43,251 bases of DNA from a bacterium (lineage in GTDB: Bacteria; Bacillota; Clostridia; Peptostreptococcales; Anaerovoracaceae), in contig CAVDMD010000001.1 of assembly GCA_963609975.1 (NCBI GenBank), positions 1-43,251 on the forward strand, in the 5' to 3' direction. Positions 33,552-43,024 of the stretch are shown here, piece by piece; position 1 is the stretch's first letter; the number at the start of each line of letters is the position of its first letter. The translations under genes and the position numbers were made by a program. The notes under the pieces were generated by a model. That model was not told the DNA's origin. It saw only the letters and a program-made list of their open reading frames with translations, and ran no database searches.

Positions 33552-34052
33552 CTAAACCTGTATATTGAACAGAAACTCTCCGAGTTCATCTTCCTCTTCG
33601 ATTTCATCAAGAAGCGCCTGTGCCTGTTCAAGCTGAAGCTCGCTGAAAACCTCATAGCCGTTTTGACGCAGCAGCCTTACCGCCATACCTTCACCTGGAA
33701 TTTTAGTTCCCGCAAAGCTGCCGTCATAAATTCTGCTGCTGCCGCAGGCAGGGCTTCCATCTTTCATAACAGCAAAGGCTATCTGCTGCTCATCTGCCAG
33801 AGCAAGCGCATATCCTGCGCCTTTTGCATATTCGGATGTAACATCTCTGCCCTCAGAATTAACAACCCTGTTCCCTGTAATTTCCGAAGGCGCTCTCGGA
33901 ACAGGAAGTCCGCCTTCAACCTCAGGACATACCGGTATCAGCCTGCCCTCCTGCTGCCATTTTTCAAATATCTCATCCGAAAGGCGCTTTGCCCTGCCGT
34001 CATATCTGACTGCGTGACCGTAAAGGCACGCACTTACAAGTATTTTTCTCAT
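33552..34052 (-). CDS. DUF523 family protein (2-thiouracil desulfurase-like)
   Basis: 166 aa. ILVSACLYG...YDG...PVCPEVEGGLPVPR...DGSPACGS pattern. Confidence 0.75.
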   Translation of the reverse strand: MRKILVSACLYGHAVRYDGRAKRLSDEIFEKWQQEGRLIPVCPEVEGGLPVPRAPSEITGNRVVNSEGRDVTSEYAKGAGYALALADEQQIAFAVMKDGSPACGSSRIYDGSFAGTKIPGEGMAVRLLRQNGYEVFSELQLEQAQALLDEIEEEDELGEFLFNIQV

Positions 34053-34072
34053 ATTTTCTCCAAATCTGTGTA

Positions 34073-35098
34073 TTAATGAACTGCTGTTTCCCCGCGGTGC
34101 GTATGCTCATGCACTCTGCCGTCTATCATATGCTTATGGCTGTGTGAATGCTCGATTATATGCGTATGTGTGCTGCCGTCGTGAGTATGAGTCACAATAT
34201 GGGTGTGCATATGCGTATGGTTTACTATAATCGTATCTATGGCAACCAGCGCCGATCCCGCCAGCATTATGACAAGAGCTGTGACATAGTTTGCAGAAAG
34301 TGCTTCGTGCAGGCATACAAATGATAAAAACGCCCCGACAAACGGCGCAGCAGCATAATATGCGCTTGTCTTTGCCGCTCCGAGACTGCTCTGCGCTCTG
34401 ATATAAAAGAATATGCTCAGCCCGTATGATACAAAACCCAGCATTAGCGCAGTTAAAACAGCTCCTGTATCCGGCAGTTTCTCTCCCGCTGCCAGTGCAA
34501 TCACAAGAGAGCCTGTCCCTGAAAATATGCCTTTGAGCATAACTATCTGATATGTGTTTTTTGATGATATTTTGCGGGTGCAGTTGTTTTCAAAGCCCCA
34601 GCATACCGCCGCAAGCAGTACAAGCAGAGAGCCCCATGAAAACTGCAGGCTCGACATATCCTCAAATGATAAAATCATGCTCGATACGGTGATAAGGGCA
34701 ATTCCAATCCACAGCCTGACAGACACCGCTTCATTAAAAATTGCAAGAGCTATAACCGCTGTTGCTGCTATCTCAAAGTTATTAAGAAGCGAAGCATTTG
34801 CGGCTGTTGTTGCACCAAGTCCGCACATTAGGCATACGGGAGCTGCTATGTCAAGCAGAATCATTCCCAGCACATACGGCAGATCGCCTCTGTTAAGGCT
34901 GCTGTTCCCGGCTGTTTCCCTGTTTTTTCTTGTGATATATATTACGCCTACTCCTATGCCTGCGCCAAGGTACAGGATTGCTGCCATCATCACAGGCTCT
35001 ATACTGTCAAGCAGTATTTTTGATGCCGGAATATTAATCGCATAAAACACCGCGGCAAGAACCGCCGATAATGCCGCCATGCAGTTTTTTCGGTTCAT
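34073..35098 (-). CDS. DMT-superfamily (EamA) transporter with His-rich C-terminal tail
   Basis: 341 aa. Ten hydrophobic helices in a 5+5 arrangement. The last 50 residues contain 16 His. Confidence 0.8.
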   Translation of the reverse strand: MNRKNCMAALSAVLAAVFYAINIPASKILLDSIEPVMMAAILYLGAGIGVGVIYITRKNRETAGNSSLNRGDLPYVLGMILLDIAAPVCLMCGLGATTAANASLLNNFEIAATAVIALAIFNEAVSVRLWIGIALITVSSMILSFEDMSSLQFSWGSLLVLLAAVCWGFENNCTRKISSKNTYQIVMLKGIFSGTGSLVIALAAGEKLPDTGAVLTALMLGFVSYGLSIFFYIRAQSSLGAAKTSAYYAAAPFVGAFLSFVCLHEALSANYVTALVIMLAGSALVAIDTIIVNHTHMHTHIVTHTHDGSTHTHIIEHSHSHKHMIDGRVHEHTHRGETAVH

Positions 35099-35161
35099 AT
35101 GTCACCTCTCATGTCTATATATTATACTACCATTTGCGTGTTTCATCTACAAAAACCTCAT

Positions 35162-35195
35162 AAGAAAAAAGGCCACTACCTGTTGCGGTAATGGC
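35162..35195 (-). terminator. Intrinsic terminator after the FN3/3D-domain gene
   Basis: Minus strand GCCATTACC-GCAACA-GGTAGTGGC followed by CTTTTTTCTT. Confidence 0.6.
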
Positions 35196-35202
35196 AATTT
35201 GT

Positions 35203-35916
35203 TTAATCGTACACCTTGATTGTGATATATCTTACTCCCCATTTAATGCAGTCCGAGTTGCTGTTCATATACACATCGATGATATTTCCCTTAATCATTC
35301 CTCCTGTATCTGCTGCTGTCGCATATCCGTAACCGGGTACATATACCTTGGTCCCGAGTTTGATAACCTTCGGATCTACGGCAATCACGCCCTTTGCGGC
35401 TTTTTTGCCGCTGGCTGTCGTGCCGCCTCCCGAATAGGCATAGGCTTTGACTCTGATTGTCCTAGGATATGTGGTTCCCTTTGCTTTTTTGGAAAGGTCG
35501 CTTTCTGTAAAGCCTTCGCTGTCATTCAGTGCATAAGCTGATACCTTGTAGGTTTTTTTGGTGTTGGCATCAAGACCTGAGTTGATGTATGAACATTTGT
35601 CCTCATCTGTTATTGTTTTGATACAGGTGTATCTGCCCTTGGATTTGTTGTATCTGTATACTTTGTATCCGTCCGCATTGTCTACGGAATCCCATGTAAT
35701 TTTGATCTTTGATTTACTGATGCCTCTGGCTCTGACATTGTCGGGTGTGTCAACATCATCGGCAGTCAGTAAATTCTCGTCTGCAACAGTTTGTGAACTC
35801 TGGGAAGCTGTCTGCTGGGATAAGGTGTTTTCGTCGTCTGCAAATCCTGCAACTGTTGTGAAGCCTACTGCAGTCATCACTATTGCAAGAATCAGAACAA
35901 TCCATCTAAATCTCAT
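35203..35916 (-). CDS. Secreted FN3-like + 3D-domain (MltA/RlpA-like DPBB) cell-wall protein
   Basis: 237 aa. Signal peptide MRFRWIVLILAIVMTAVG. ITWDSVDNADGYKVYRY (FN3-like). C-terminal ...TASGKKAAKGVIAVDPKVIKLGTKVYVPGYGYATAADTGGMIKGNIIDVY (3D domain). Confidence 0.7.
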   Translation of the reverse strand: MRFRWIVLILAIVMTAVGFTTVAGFADDENTLSQQTASQSSQTVADENLLTADDVDTPDNVRARGISKSKIKITWDSVDNADGYKVYRYNKSKGRYTCIKTITDEDKCSYINSGLDANTKKTYKVSAYALNDSEGFTESDLSKKAKGTTYPRTIRVKAYAYSGGGTTASGKKAAKGVIAVDPKVIKLGTKVYVPGYGYATAADTGGMIKGNIIDVYMNSNSDCIKWGVRYITIKVYD

Positions 35917-36033
35917 AGATATTCCTTTCTTACCAGTCCGGGCTGGTTTTATCTCATTTCAGCACTAATTCTACCACAATTTTGCCTCATTTGTCAAGAG
36001 ATTATGCCCAAAACTAGTAATTGGAAATATTAT

Positions 36034-36513
36034 CTATACGATCAGGTCAGCAAACTCCGCTCCTATAAGCTGTGCAAGCTCATACGGATTCACCTCAACC
36101 GATATACCCGGTCTGCCTGCGCTTACATATATTCTGTCAAGGCTGCAGGCCGAATTATGAACAGCCGTCCTGAATGGTTTTTTCATACCTACGGGAGAGC
36201 ATCCGCCTTTGATATATCCCGTCACTTTGGTTATATCCCTGGCGTGAAGCATTTCTATTTTTTTCTCACCGAAAAATTTTGCCGCTTTTTTGAGGTCAAG
36301 CTCCTCGGCAACAGGTATCACGCAGACATAATGCTCTCTGCTGGTGCCTGTTGTCACAAGAGTTTTGAAGACCAGAGCCTCATCTCTGCCTGTTTTGTGC
36401 GCCGCGTCAACTCCGCTGACAAATCCTTTTGAAACATCGTATTCCATAGTATCGTAGCTGATGCCTGCTGTTTCAAGTGCTCTCATTACATTGGTCTTGG
36501 TATGTTTACTCAT
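36034..36513 (-). CDS. ybaK: Cys-tRNA(Pro)/Cys-tRNA(Cys) deacylase YbaK
   Basis: 159 aa. ...FKTLV...GYIKGGCSPVGMKK... motif. Confidence 0.85.
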   Translation of the reverse strand: MSKHTKTNVMRALETAGISYDTMEYDVSKGFVSGVDAAHKTGRDEALVFKTLVTTGTSREHYVCVIPVAEELDLKKAAKFFGEKKIEMLHARDITKVTGYIKGGCSPVGMKKPFRTAVHNSACSLDRIYVSAGRPGISVEVNPYELAQLIGAEFADLIV

Positions 36514-37142
36514 TATTCCGGCTCCCTTACCATATATACATTTTCAAACCCGTATCTGTCCGATTTTGCAATACCAATTATTTCAAATCCCTCTTTCATG
36601 TAGAAATGCACATTCTCTGAACCGTTGGTGAACAGCATAACAGGTCTTTTCCGGCTGTCAGCATACTTTGCAACCGTATGTATCAGCCTGCGACCTCTGC
36701 CCTCTCCCTGACATTTTGTTCTCACTCCCAGAAAATCCGCATATATATGAGGATATGGTATATTCATGGTTCTTTCAAGTGCATCAAGCTCTGCAAATAC
36801 TTTTTTGTATTTTTTTTGTTCTTCCGGGGAGAGTCTGTTTTTTGCCGCTCTATATTCTTTAGAATAACTGCCTGCAGCAATATATCTTGCCGGTGTGCAT
36901 TTCATCTGCTCAGAATCAACAATTGCTATTGCATCATCAATGTTTTCATCAACAGAATAAATATGACCGTATTTCAAATCATACATACCATAAAATCTCA
37001 CAGTCATTTCAATTGCCGCAAGTCTTTTGTCTTTATCGGTAAAAGCTTTTTCAAGCTTGGGATAATTGCAAAATGCATCAAGCCACATTGAAAAAAGTTT
37101 TTCACTTTCGTTTTTTTTGACTTCATACAGTTCATTCAACAT
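36513..37142 (-). CDS. GNAT-family N-acetyltransferase
   Basis: C-terminal QGEGRGRRL acetyl-CoA loop. Start set at ATG 37140-37142 (MLNELYEV), 9 nt after AGGAG and just after the metH stop. The ORF-track start at 37172 overlaps metH. Confidence 0.65.
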   Translation of the reverse strand: MLNELYEVKKNESEKLFSMWLDAFCNYPKLEKAFTDKDKRLAAIEMTVRFYGMYDLKYGHIYSVDENIDDAIAIVDSEQMKCTPARYIAAGSYSKEYRAAKNRLSPEEQKKYKKVFAELDALERTMNIPYPHIYADFLGVRTKCQGEGRGRRLIHTVAKYADSRKRPVMLFTNGSENVHFYMKEGFEIIGIAKSDRYGFENVYMVREPE

Positions 37143-37143
37143 A

Positions 37144-39495
37144 TCAGTCATCTCCTGTAACCGCCTGCGCAATTCTTACGGTATCCATAGCGTCTGCGGC
37201 ATAATAGTCCGCCCCTATCTGCATAGCGTAGTCCTCTGTAATAACCGCGCCTGCCACTATAATTTTTGTTTCGGGGCTTTGCTGTCTCATAAGCCTGATG
37301 GTTTCCTCCATCGACGGCACAGTAGTCGTCATAAGCGCCGACAGTCCTATCAGGCTGCAGCCTCTGGCGTTTTCGAGCACTGTTTCGGGTGCAACATCTC
37401 TGCCGAGGTCCACAACATAAAATCCGTAGCTTTCAAGCAGCGCCTTTGCGATGTTTTTGCCTATATCGTGAATATCGCCTTTAACTGTTGCTATCACTAT
37501 TTTTTTACTCTCGTCCACATTTGAAGGCATTCTGCTTTTGAGTATGTCAAAAGCTCTGCCTGCCGCTTCAGCCGACATTATCAGCTGCGGCAGGAATATT
37601 TTTTTGGCTTCAAATTCCTCTCCCGCACTGTTAAGTGCAGGTATCAGCTCCGTATTTATTATATCAAGAGGCTCTGTCTTTTCAAGAAGCTCTGATGTTA
37701 TCTTCTCTGCAGCGTCCGAAAGTCCTTTTTGAATTGCGTATGAAAGAGTTGTTTCTTCTGTTTTTACTTCCTGTTTTTTTTCTTCTCTGCCCTCTGTATA
37801 CGCTATATATTCCATACATCCCTTGTCTTTGCCGGCAAGCGCCCTGTAGGAATAGTACGATTTCATCATATCGGGCGAGTACGGATCCATTATGGCCGCA
37901 TCAAGCCCCGCATAAAGAGCCATTGTAAAAAATGCCGAGTTGATTATGCTTCTGTTTGGAAGTCCGAAGGACACGTTGGATACGCCAAGGCTTGTTGATA
38001 CTCCCAGCCGCTGTTTTATCATGCTTACTGCGGCAAGTGTCACGGCTGCGCTGCTGTTGTCCGAGGATATTGTCATTGTAAGCGGGTCAACTATTATGTC
38101 TTTTTTGTCTATGCCGTATTCTGCGGCCTTGTCTACAATCCTGCGCGCAATATTAAATCTGCCCTCTGCGGTATCCGGAATACCCTCCTCGTCCATGGTA
38201 AGCGCCACCACAACTCCGCCGTATTTGCTGACAAGCGGAAATACGGCATTCATGCTTTTGTCGCTGCCGTTTACGGAGTTTACCATAGGCTTGCCGTTGT
38301 ATATGCGCATTGCTTTTTCGAGGGCTTTCGTATCTGATGTGTCAATCTGAAGCGGCAGGTCTGTAACTGTCTGAAGCTCTCTGACAAGCTGCGACAGTAC
38401 CTCAGGCTCATCAATATCAGGTATGCCTGCATTGACGTCAAGTATGTGCGAGCCTGCCTCCTCCTGTTTTATCGCTTCTGTAAGTATGTAATTGTAATCT
38501 CTGTTTCTCAGCGCCTCTTTTACTTTTTTCTTGCCTGTCGGGTTGATTCTCTCCCCGATTATAACAGGGAGCTTTCCAAACTCTGCGGTATGAGAATACG
38601 AGGAAACAAAACTGTATGACTTAGGGTGCACAGGCTCAAACGGGATGCCTCTGACCCTGTCTGCCATTTTGCTGATATGTTCGGGGGTGGTGCCGCAGCA
38701 GCCTCCAAGTATCGAAGCGCCCTGCCCTGCAATCTCCGCCATAATATCTGCAAACTCATCCGGTGAAATGTCGTACACCGTCTGTCCGTTTTCTATCCGC
38801 GGAAGTCCCGCATTGGGATTCACTATAATCGGAACAGAAGCGTATCTGGCATAGGTTTTAACTATAGGGAGCATTCTGTCGGGGCCAAAGGAGCAGTTCA
38901 TGCCTATGGCGTCTGCGCCAAGCCCTTCAAGCATTGCAATCATGGTTTTGGGATCTGCGCCTGTCATAAGCTTTTGCCTCTCGTCATAGGCGTTTGTGAC
39001 AAACACCGGCAGATTGCTGTTTTCTTTTGCGGCAAGCACTGCCGCTTTGGTTTCATAGGAATCATTCATGGTTTCTATGATGATGAGGTCTGCTCCGAAA
39101 TTTACGGCATATTCCACACATTCCTTAAAAATATCCACGGCTTCTTCAAATTCCATATTGCCCATAGGTTTTATGAGCCTGCCTGTCGGACCTATATCGT
39201 AGGCTATATATTTCTCCTCATAGCCTCTGACCGCTTCCCTGGCGCAGTCTACCGCGGCTTTTGCATACTCTGCGGCATTATCGAATTTGAGGCTGTTTAC
39301 ACCGAAGGTATTGGTGGTTATTATGTCTGAGCCTGCTTCAAGATAGGCTCTGTGAATTGCTGTTATCCTGTCCGGATGATCCAGATTCCACTGCGCCGGC
39401 TGCTCTCCCGCCTCAAGACCCATGGCCTGAAGCATGGTTCCGAAGCCTCCGTCAAAATATATTCTTCCTGTTTTAATTGCTTCTGAAATTTTCAT
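37144..39495 (-). CDS. metH: Cobalamin-dependent methionine synthase, short form (Hcy-binding + pterin-binding + B12-cap/B12-binding, no activation domain)
   Basis: 783 aa. S-methyltransferase domain (GGCCGTTPEHI), pterin-binding domain, and B12-binding VKGDIHDIGKNI (DxHxxG). Confidence 0.9.
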   Translation of the reverse strand: MKISEAIKTGRIYFDGGFGTMLQAMGLEAGEQPAQWNLDHPDRITAIHRAYLEAGSDIITTNTFGVNSLKFDNAAEYAKAAVDCAREAVRGYEEKYIAYDIGPTGRLIKPMGNMEFEEAVDIFKECVEYAVNFGADLIIIETMNDSYETKAAVLAAKENSNLPVFVTNAYDERQKLMTGADPKTMIAMLEGLGADAIGMNCSFGPDRMLPIVKTYARYASVPIIVNPNAGLPRIENGQTVYDISPDEFADIMAEIAGQGASILGGCCGTTPEHISKMADRVRGIPFEPVHPKSYSFVSSYSHTAEFGKLPVIIGERINPTGKKKVKEALRNRDYNYILTEAIKQEEAGSHILDVNAGIPDIDEPEVLSQLVRELQTVTDLPLQIDTSDTKALEKAMRIYNGKPMVNSVNGSDKSMNAVFPLVSKYGGVVVALTMDEEGIPDTAEGRFNIARRIVDKAAEYGIDKKDIIVDPLTMTISSDNSSAAVTLAAVSMIKQRLGVSTSLGVSNVSFGLPNRSIINSAFFTMALYAGLDAAIMDPYSPDMMKSYYSYRALAGKDKGCMEYIAYTEGREEKKQEVKTEETTLSYAIQKGLSDAAEKITSELLEKTEPLDIINTELIPALNSAGEEFEAKKIFLPQLIMSAEAAGRAFDILKSRMPSNVDESKKIVIATVKGDIHDIGKNIAKALLESYGFYVVDLGRDVAPETVLENARGCSLIGLSALMTTTVPSMEETIRLMRQQSPETKIIVAGAVITEDYAMQIGADYYAADAMDTVRIAQAVTGDD

Positions 39496-40055
39496 AGTTT
39501 TATCCCCATTATCGCTGTGATGGTTTTCATAGGAGTCATCATAAATGAATCGTTTATGCTTATGCCTATTTTGTGCGCGTCTAAAAATTCAAGGAGCTTT
39601 CCCTGCATTTCAAGGCTGAAATCTCCATATCCCGGAGCAAATCTCGCCTTGGTTTTTTCGGGCAGACTGTCCTGTATATAGTCGCAGAGGGCTTCCACTG
39701 CAGATGAAGCCACCGCATCAAGGACAAAAAGCTTTGCTGCCGAAACAAGACCTGCATTTCTCAGTACCCTGTCCACGTCATGACCTATGGTTGCAGCGAG
39801 CACATAGGCACTGCCGCAGCCTGTAAGGTTTCGTCTGAGATTGGCGCTTGCAATATCTCCAAAGCCCAGACTGCAGCCGTCCGGCGTAAATCTGACATCT
39901 GTTTTTTTTAATATATATGAGCAGTGCATGACAGACAGGATTTCATCTGCCACACTGTCTGTAAATTCCTTTGAAACACTGTCGTCCGCGCCGCCAAGTC
40001 TTGCTTTGAGCTCTCTTGGATTTATGGCTATTTTATCTCTTGCGACTGTTGTCAT
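39492..40055 (-). CDS. Stand-alone methionine synthase activation (AdoMet-binding)-domain protein
   Basis: 187 aa. Translationally coupled (ATGA overlaps) between metF and metH. ...RFAPGYGDF... resembles the Met_synt_B12 domain. Confidence 0.7.
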   Translation of the reverse strand: MTTVARDKIAINPRELKARLGGADDSVSKEFTDSVADEILSVMHCSYILKKTDVRFTPDGCSLGFGDIASANLRRNLTGCGSAYVLAATIGHDVDRVLRNAGLVSAAKLFVLDAVASSAVEALCDYIQDSLPEKTKARFAPGYGDFSLEMQGKLLEFLDAHKIGISINDSFMMTPMKTITAIMGIKL

Positions 40056-40912
40056 CCTATAATCTCCGATACGTTATTCTGCAGAGCCTCCACCACCGAC
40101 GGATTATTCATGGAATAAATGTGAACAGCCTTTACTCCGTTGGCATAAAGATCCACAATCTGCTCTGTGGCATAGGCTATACCCGCCTGCTTCATGGCCT
40201 TCGGATTATCTCTGAACCTGTCTACTATGCGCAGGAATCTCTGAGGCAGAGCATTCTGAGATATTGACACAACTCTCTCTATCTGTCTGGCGCTTGTAAT
40301 AGGCATAATGCCCGCAATCACAGGCACACCGACACCCGCCTCACGCAGTCTGTAAAGAAAATTGTAATATATGTCATTGTCAAAAAACATCTGTGTAGTG
40401 AGGAACTCTACTCCGGCATCGACCTTTTTTTTGATGTTGGCTATATCCTCCATGCTGGAGCTGCTCTCAGGATGTGTTTCGGGATAGCAGGCTCCGCCTA
40501 TGCAAAAGCCTCCGTATTCTTTGATTTCGGTTACAAGCTCGCTGGCATATCTGTATTCAAGCCTGCTGCGGTCAAGTCCCTCGGGTATGTCTCCTCTGAG
40601 CGCAAGTATGTTTTCGATACCGTTTTCTCTCAGCCTGTCCAGCATAGCCTTAATCTGCTGTCTGCCTGAAGATACGCAGGTAAGATGCGCTATCGAAGTC
40701 ACTCCTTTTTCTTTGATATCTCTTGCAATATCAACTGTATATTTCGATGTGCCTCCGCCTGCGCCGTATGTGACGCTCATAAAAGAAGGTCTGCGCGCCG
40801 CTATTTTTTCTATGGCAAATTTCACTGTTTCAAATTTGTCATCTGTCTTGGGAGGGAAAACCTCAAACGACAGGCTCAGTCTGTCCTGATTAATAATATC
40901 TGTTATCTTCAT
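40052..40912 (-). CDS. metF: Methylenetetrahydrofolate reductase
   Basis: SFEVFPPKT...SVTYGAGG...HLTC...ALRGD motifs. Start set at the ATG after GGAGGAG (MKITDII...), not 40951. Confidence 0.9.
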   Translation of the reverse strand: MKITDIINQDRLSLSFEVFPPKTDDKFETVKFAIEKIAARRPSFMSVTYGAGGGTSKYTVDIARDIKEKGVTSIAHLTCVSSGRQQIKAMLDRLRENGIENILALRGDIPEGLDRSRLEYRYASELVTEIKEYGGFCIGGACYPETHPESSSSMEDIANIKKKVDAGVEFLTTQMFFDNDIYYNFLYRLREAGVGVPVIAGIMPITSARQIERVVSISQNALPQRFLRIVDRFRDNPKAMKQAGIAYATEQIVDLYANGVKAVHIYSMNNPSVVEALQNNVSEIIG

Positions 40913-40980
40913 AACCTGCTCCTCCATATAGTAACAGGCAGGGCAAATCACATACCCCGCCGAAAATTCTGTTTAGTGTA

Positions 40981-42369
40981 TTATACAAGCCGTCTGCCCA
41001 TCAGCACGCCCATGGCTGAGGCCATCATCAGGCCTCTGGTCCAGCCGCTTGAATCGCCAAGGCAGTAAAGACCCGGCATACTCGTGTTGAATTCTTTGTC
41101 TATTTTGACTCTGTTGCTGTAGAATTTAATCTCCGGCGAATAAAGAAGAGTCTCTGCGGCGGCAAATCCCGGCACCACATAATCGAGCGCCTGTATAAAA
41201 TTAATTATATCCGTCATGGTTCTGTACGGAAGTCCCGCTGTAATGTCTCCCGCAACCGCATCTGTAAGCGTCGGTTTTACGTTTGATCTTGCAAGCTCTC
41301 TTTCCCATGTTCTCTTGCCGTCAAGGATATCTCCGTATCTTTGCACCATTATTCTGCCGGCGCCCAGCATATTGGTAAGCTCTCCTACTTTGCGCGCATA
41401 TACCATAGGCTTGTCAAACGGCTCTCTGAAATGATGTGATACCAGTATGGCAAGGTTGGTGTTGCCTGATTTAAGATCCTTGTAGGAATGTCCGTTTACC
41501 ACAGCCAGATCGTCGTCGTAGTTTTCCTGACTCACAAAGCCTCCGGGGTTCTGACAGAATGTACGGACCTTGTCTTTGTAAGGGTTCGGGTAGCCTATGA
41601 GTTTTGATTCGTAGAGAACGCTGTTGACATGCTCCATAATCTCATTTCTGACCTCAACTCTGACACCTATGTCTACAATACCCGGCTCATGCGCCACATT
41701 GTGTCTGTCGCACAGTCTGTCAAGCCAGTCCGCACCGCGTCTGCCTGCTGCAATAACGATGCTTTCTGCTTCTATGCTGAACTCTTTTTTGCCGTCATAA
41801 GCAACGACTCCCGTGCATCTGCCGTCTCTGACTGTTATGTCCCTGCATTCACAGCTGAACATAATCTCAACGCCGTTTGCCAGCAGGTGCTTTTCGATTG
41901 CCTCATATATATCCTGCGCCTTCTCTGTGCCAAGATGTCTGATAGGACAGTCTACAAGCTTCAGTCCCGCTTTGATTGCGCGTTTTCTGATTGCTTTTAC
42001 TTCTTCTTCGTTGCCGATGCCTTCGATTTTGCTGTCTGCTCCGAAGTCAAGATATATTTTGTCCGCATAGTTAATAGTCTGCTGCGCGTTGTCCTCGCCT
42101 ATGAGCTGAGGCAGATCTCCTCCGACCTCATAGCTTAACGACAGCTTGCCGTCCGAAAAAGCGCCTGCTCCGGAAAAGCCTGTTGTGATGTGACACGGCT
42201 GGCAGTTGACGCACTGTCCGGTCACTTCCTTGGGGCATCTTCTGTTCTCTATAGCTCTGCCTTTTTCGATGATCATAATGGATTTTTTACTGCCCATGTT
42301 TAACATTTCAAGCGCCGTAAATATCCCTGCCGGCCCTGCGCCGACTATAACTACATCTTTTTTCATCAT
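40981..42369 (-). CDS. FAD-dependent protein (COG2509-like NAD(FAD)-utilising dehydrogenase)
   Basis: VVIVGAGPAGIF dinucleotide fold, and C-terminal GLYCLGDSSGWTRGLMMA motif. Start at ATG 42369 (GAGGG RBS). Confidence 0.75.
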   Translation of the reverse strand: MMKKDVVIVGAGPAGIFTALEMLNMGSKKSIMIIEKGRAIENRRCPKEVTGQCVNCQPCHITTGFSGAGAFSDGKLSLSYEVGGDLPQLIGEDNAQQTINYADKIYLDFGADSKIEGIGNEEEVKAIRKRAIKAGLKLVDCPIRHLGTEKAQDIYEAIEKHLLANGVEIMFSCECRDITVRDGRCTGVVAYDGKKEFSIEAESIVIAAGRRGADWLDRLCDRHNVAHEPGIVDIGVRVEVRNEIMEHVNSVLYESKLIGYPNPYKDKVRTFCQNPGGFVSQENYDDDLAVVNGHSYKDLKSGNTNLAILVSHHFREPFDKPMVYARKVGELTNMLGAGRIMVQRYGDILDGKRTWERELARSNVKPTLTDAVAGDITAGLPYRTMTDIINFIQALDYVVPGFAAAETLLYSPEIKFYSNRVKIDKEFNTSMPGLYCLGDSSGWTRGLMMASAMGVLMGRRLV

Positions 42370-42419
42370 TAATCCCTCACTTTTCAAAAAATGATCTAAT
42401 TACTCAAAACACAAACGCT

Positions 42420-42448
42420 ATTATAGCAAAAAACATACTAAAAATAAA
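42420..42448 (-). promoter_or_regulatory. Candidate promoter of the FAD protein-metF-metH operon
   Basis: Minus strand TTTATT-N17-TATAAT with extended TGc. Confidence 0.35.
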
Positions 42449-42503
42449 GTGATTTTTGATAAATTCCACAAATTATTCCGCATTTTTTATTGTTTAGACA
42501 CAA

Positions 42504-42782
42504 TTAAGCTATACCTTTCACCCGGCACAGCAAAGCAAGGACAATCTGCAGAGCCAGTATCAGAGGGATTCCCACAGTAAATTTCCTGTGTCTTGTCTTG
42601 TGGCGAAAGATCTTCATTCCCGCCAGCGCTCCGGCAGAGCCTCCCAAAACAGCCGCAAGGATAAGGGCGGACTCTGATATACGCCATCTGCCCTTTACCG
42701 CTCTGGCCTTGTCTGCTCCAAACATAATGAATGCAATAAAATTTACTGCAGCAAGGTATATAACCGCTGCTTTCAGGGTCAT
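42504..42782 (-). CDS. DUF1294 membrane protein
   Basis: ...FGADKARAVKGRWRISE..L...A.LGGS.GALAGMKIFRHKTRH... is characteristic of DUF1294. Start at the ATG after GGAGGTG. Confidence 0.7.
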   Translation of the reverse strand: MTLKAAVIYLAAVNFIAFIMFGADKARAVKGRWRISESALILAAVLGGSAGALAGMKIFRHKTRHRKFTVGIPLILALQIVLALLCRVKGIA

Positions 42783-42799
42783 AAGAGCACCTCCGAAAA

Positions 42800-43024
42800 T
42801 CAATAATACTGCTTGCCCGATTCTTCCTGCTCGTCTATAAGCTCCTGAACCAGATAATCGTCACTCATGCAATGCATATCTGATACACCCTCGCTCATCA
42901 GCACATACAGCTCCGAGTGATAAAAAATATCCAGGGCTTCTTTTAGTGTAATATTTGTTTCTTCAGCAAACTTCCCGACTATCCGGGCATATTTTTTTTG
43001 TAACAGTACAGGGTTTGCATTCAT
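42800..43024 (-). CDS. DUF3791-like small protein
   Basis: 74 aa. ...KYARIVGKFAEETNITLKEALDIFYHSELY... ATGA overlap with the upstream ORF. Confidence 0.55.
   Translation of the reverse strand: MNANPVLLQKKYARIVGKFAEETNITLKEALDIFYHSELYVLMSEGVSDMHCMSDDYLVQELIDEQEESGKQYY

Noticed and set aside
35917-35965. CCAG-TCCGGG-CTGG hairpin followed by TTTTAT on the plus strand
   Set aside because: No plus-strand gene precedes it, and on the minus strand it lacks a U-tract and sits right at the RBS of the FN3/3D gene. Too weak (4 bp) to call.
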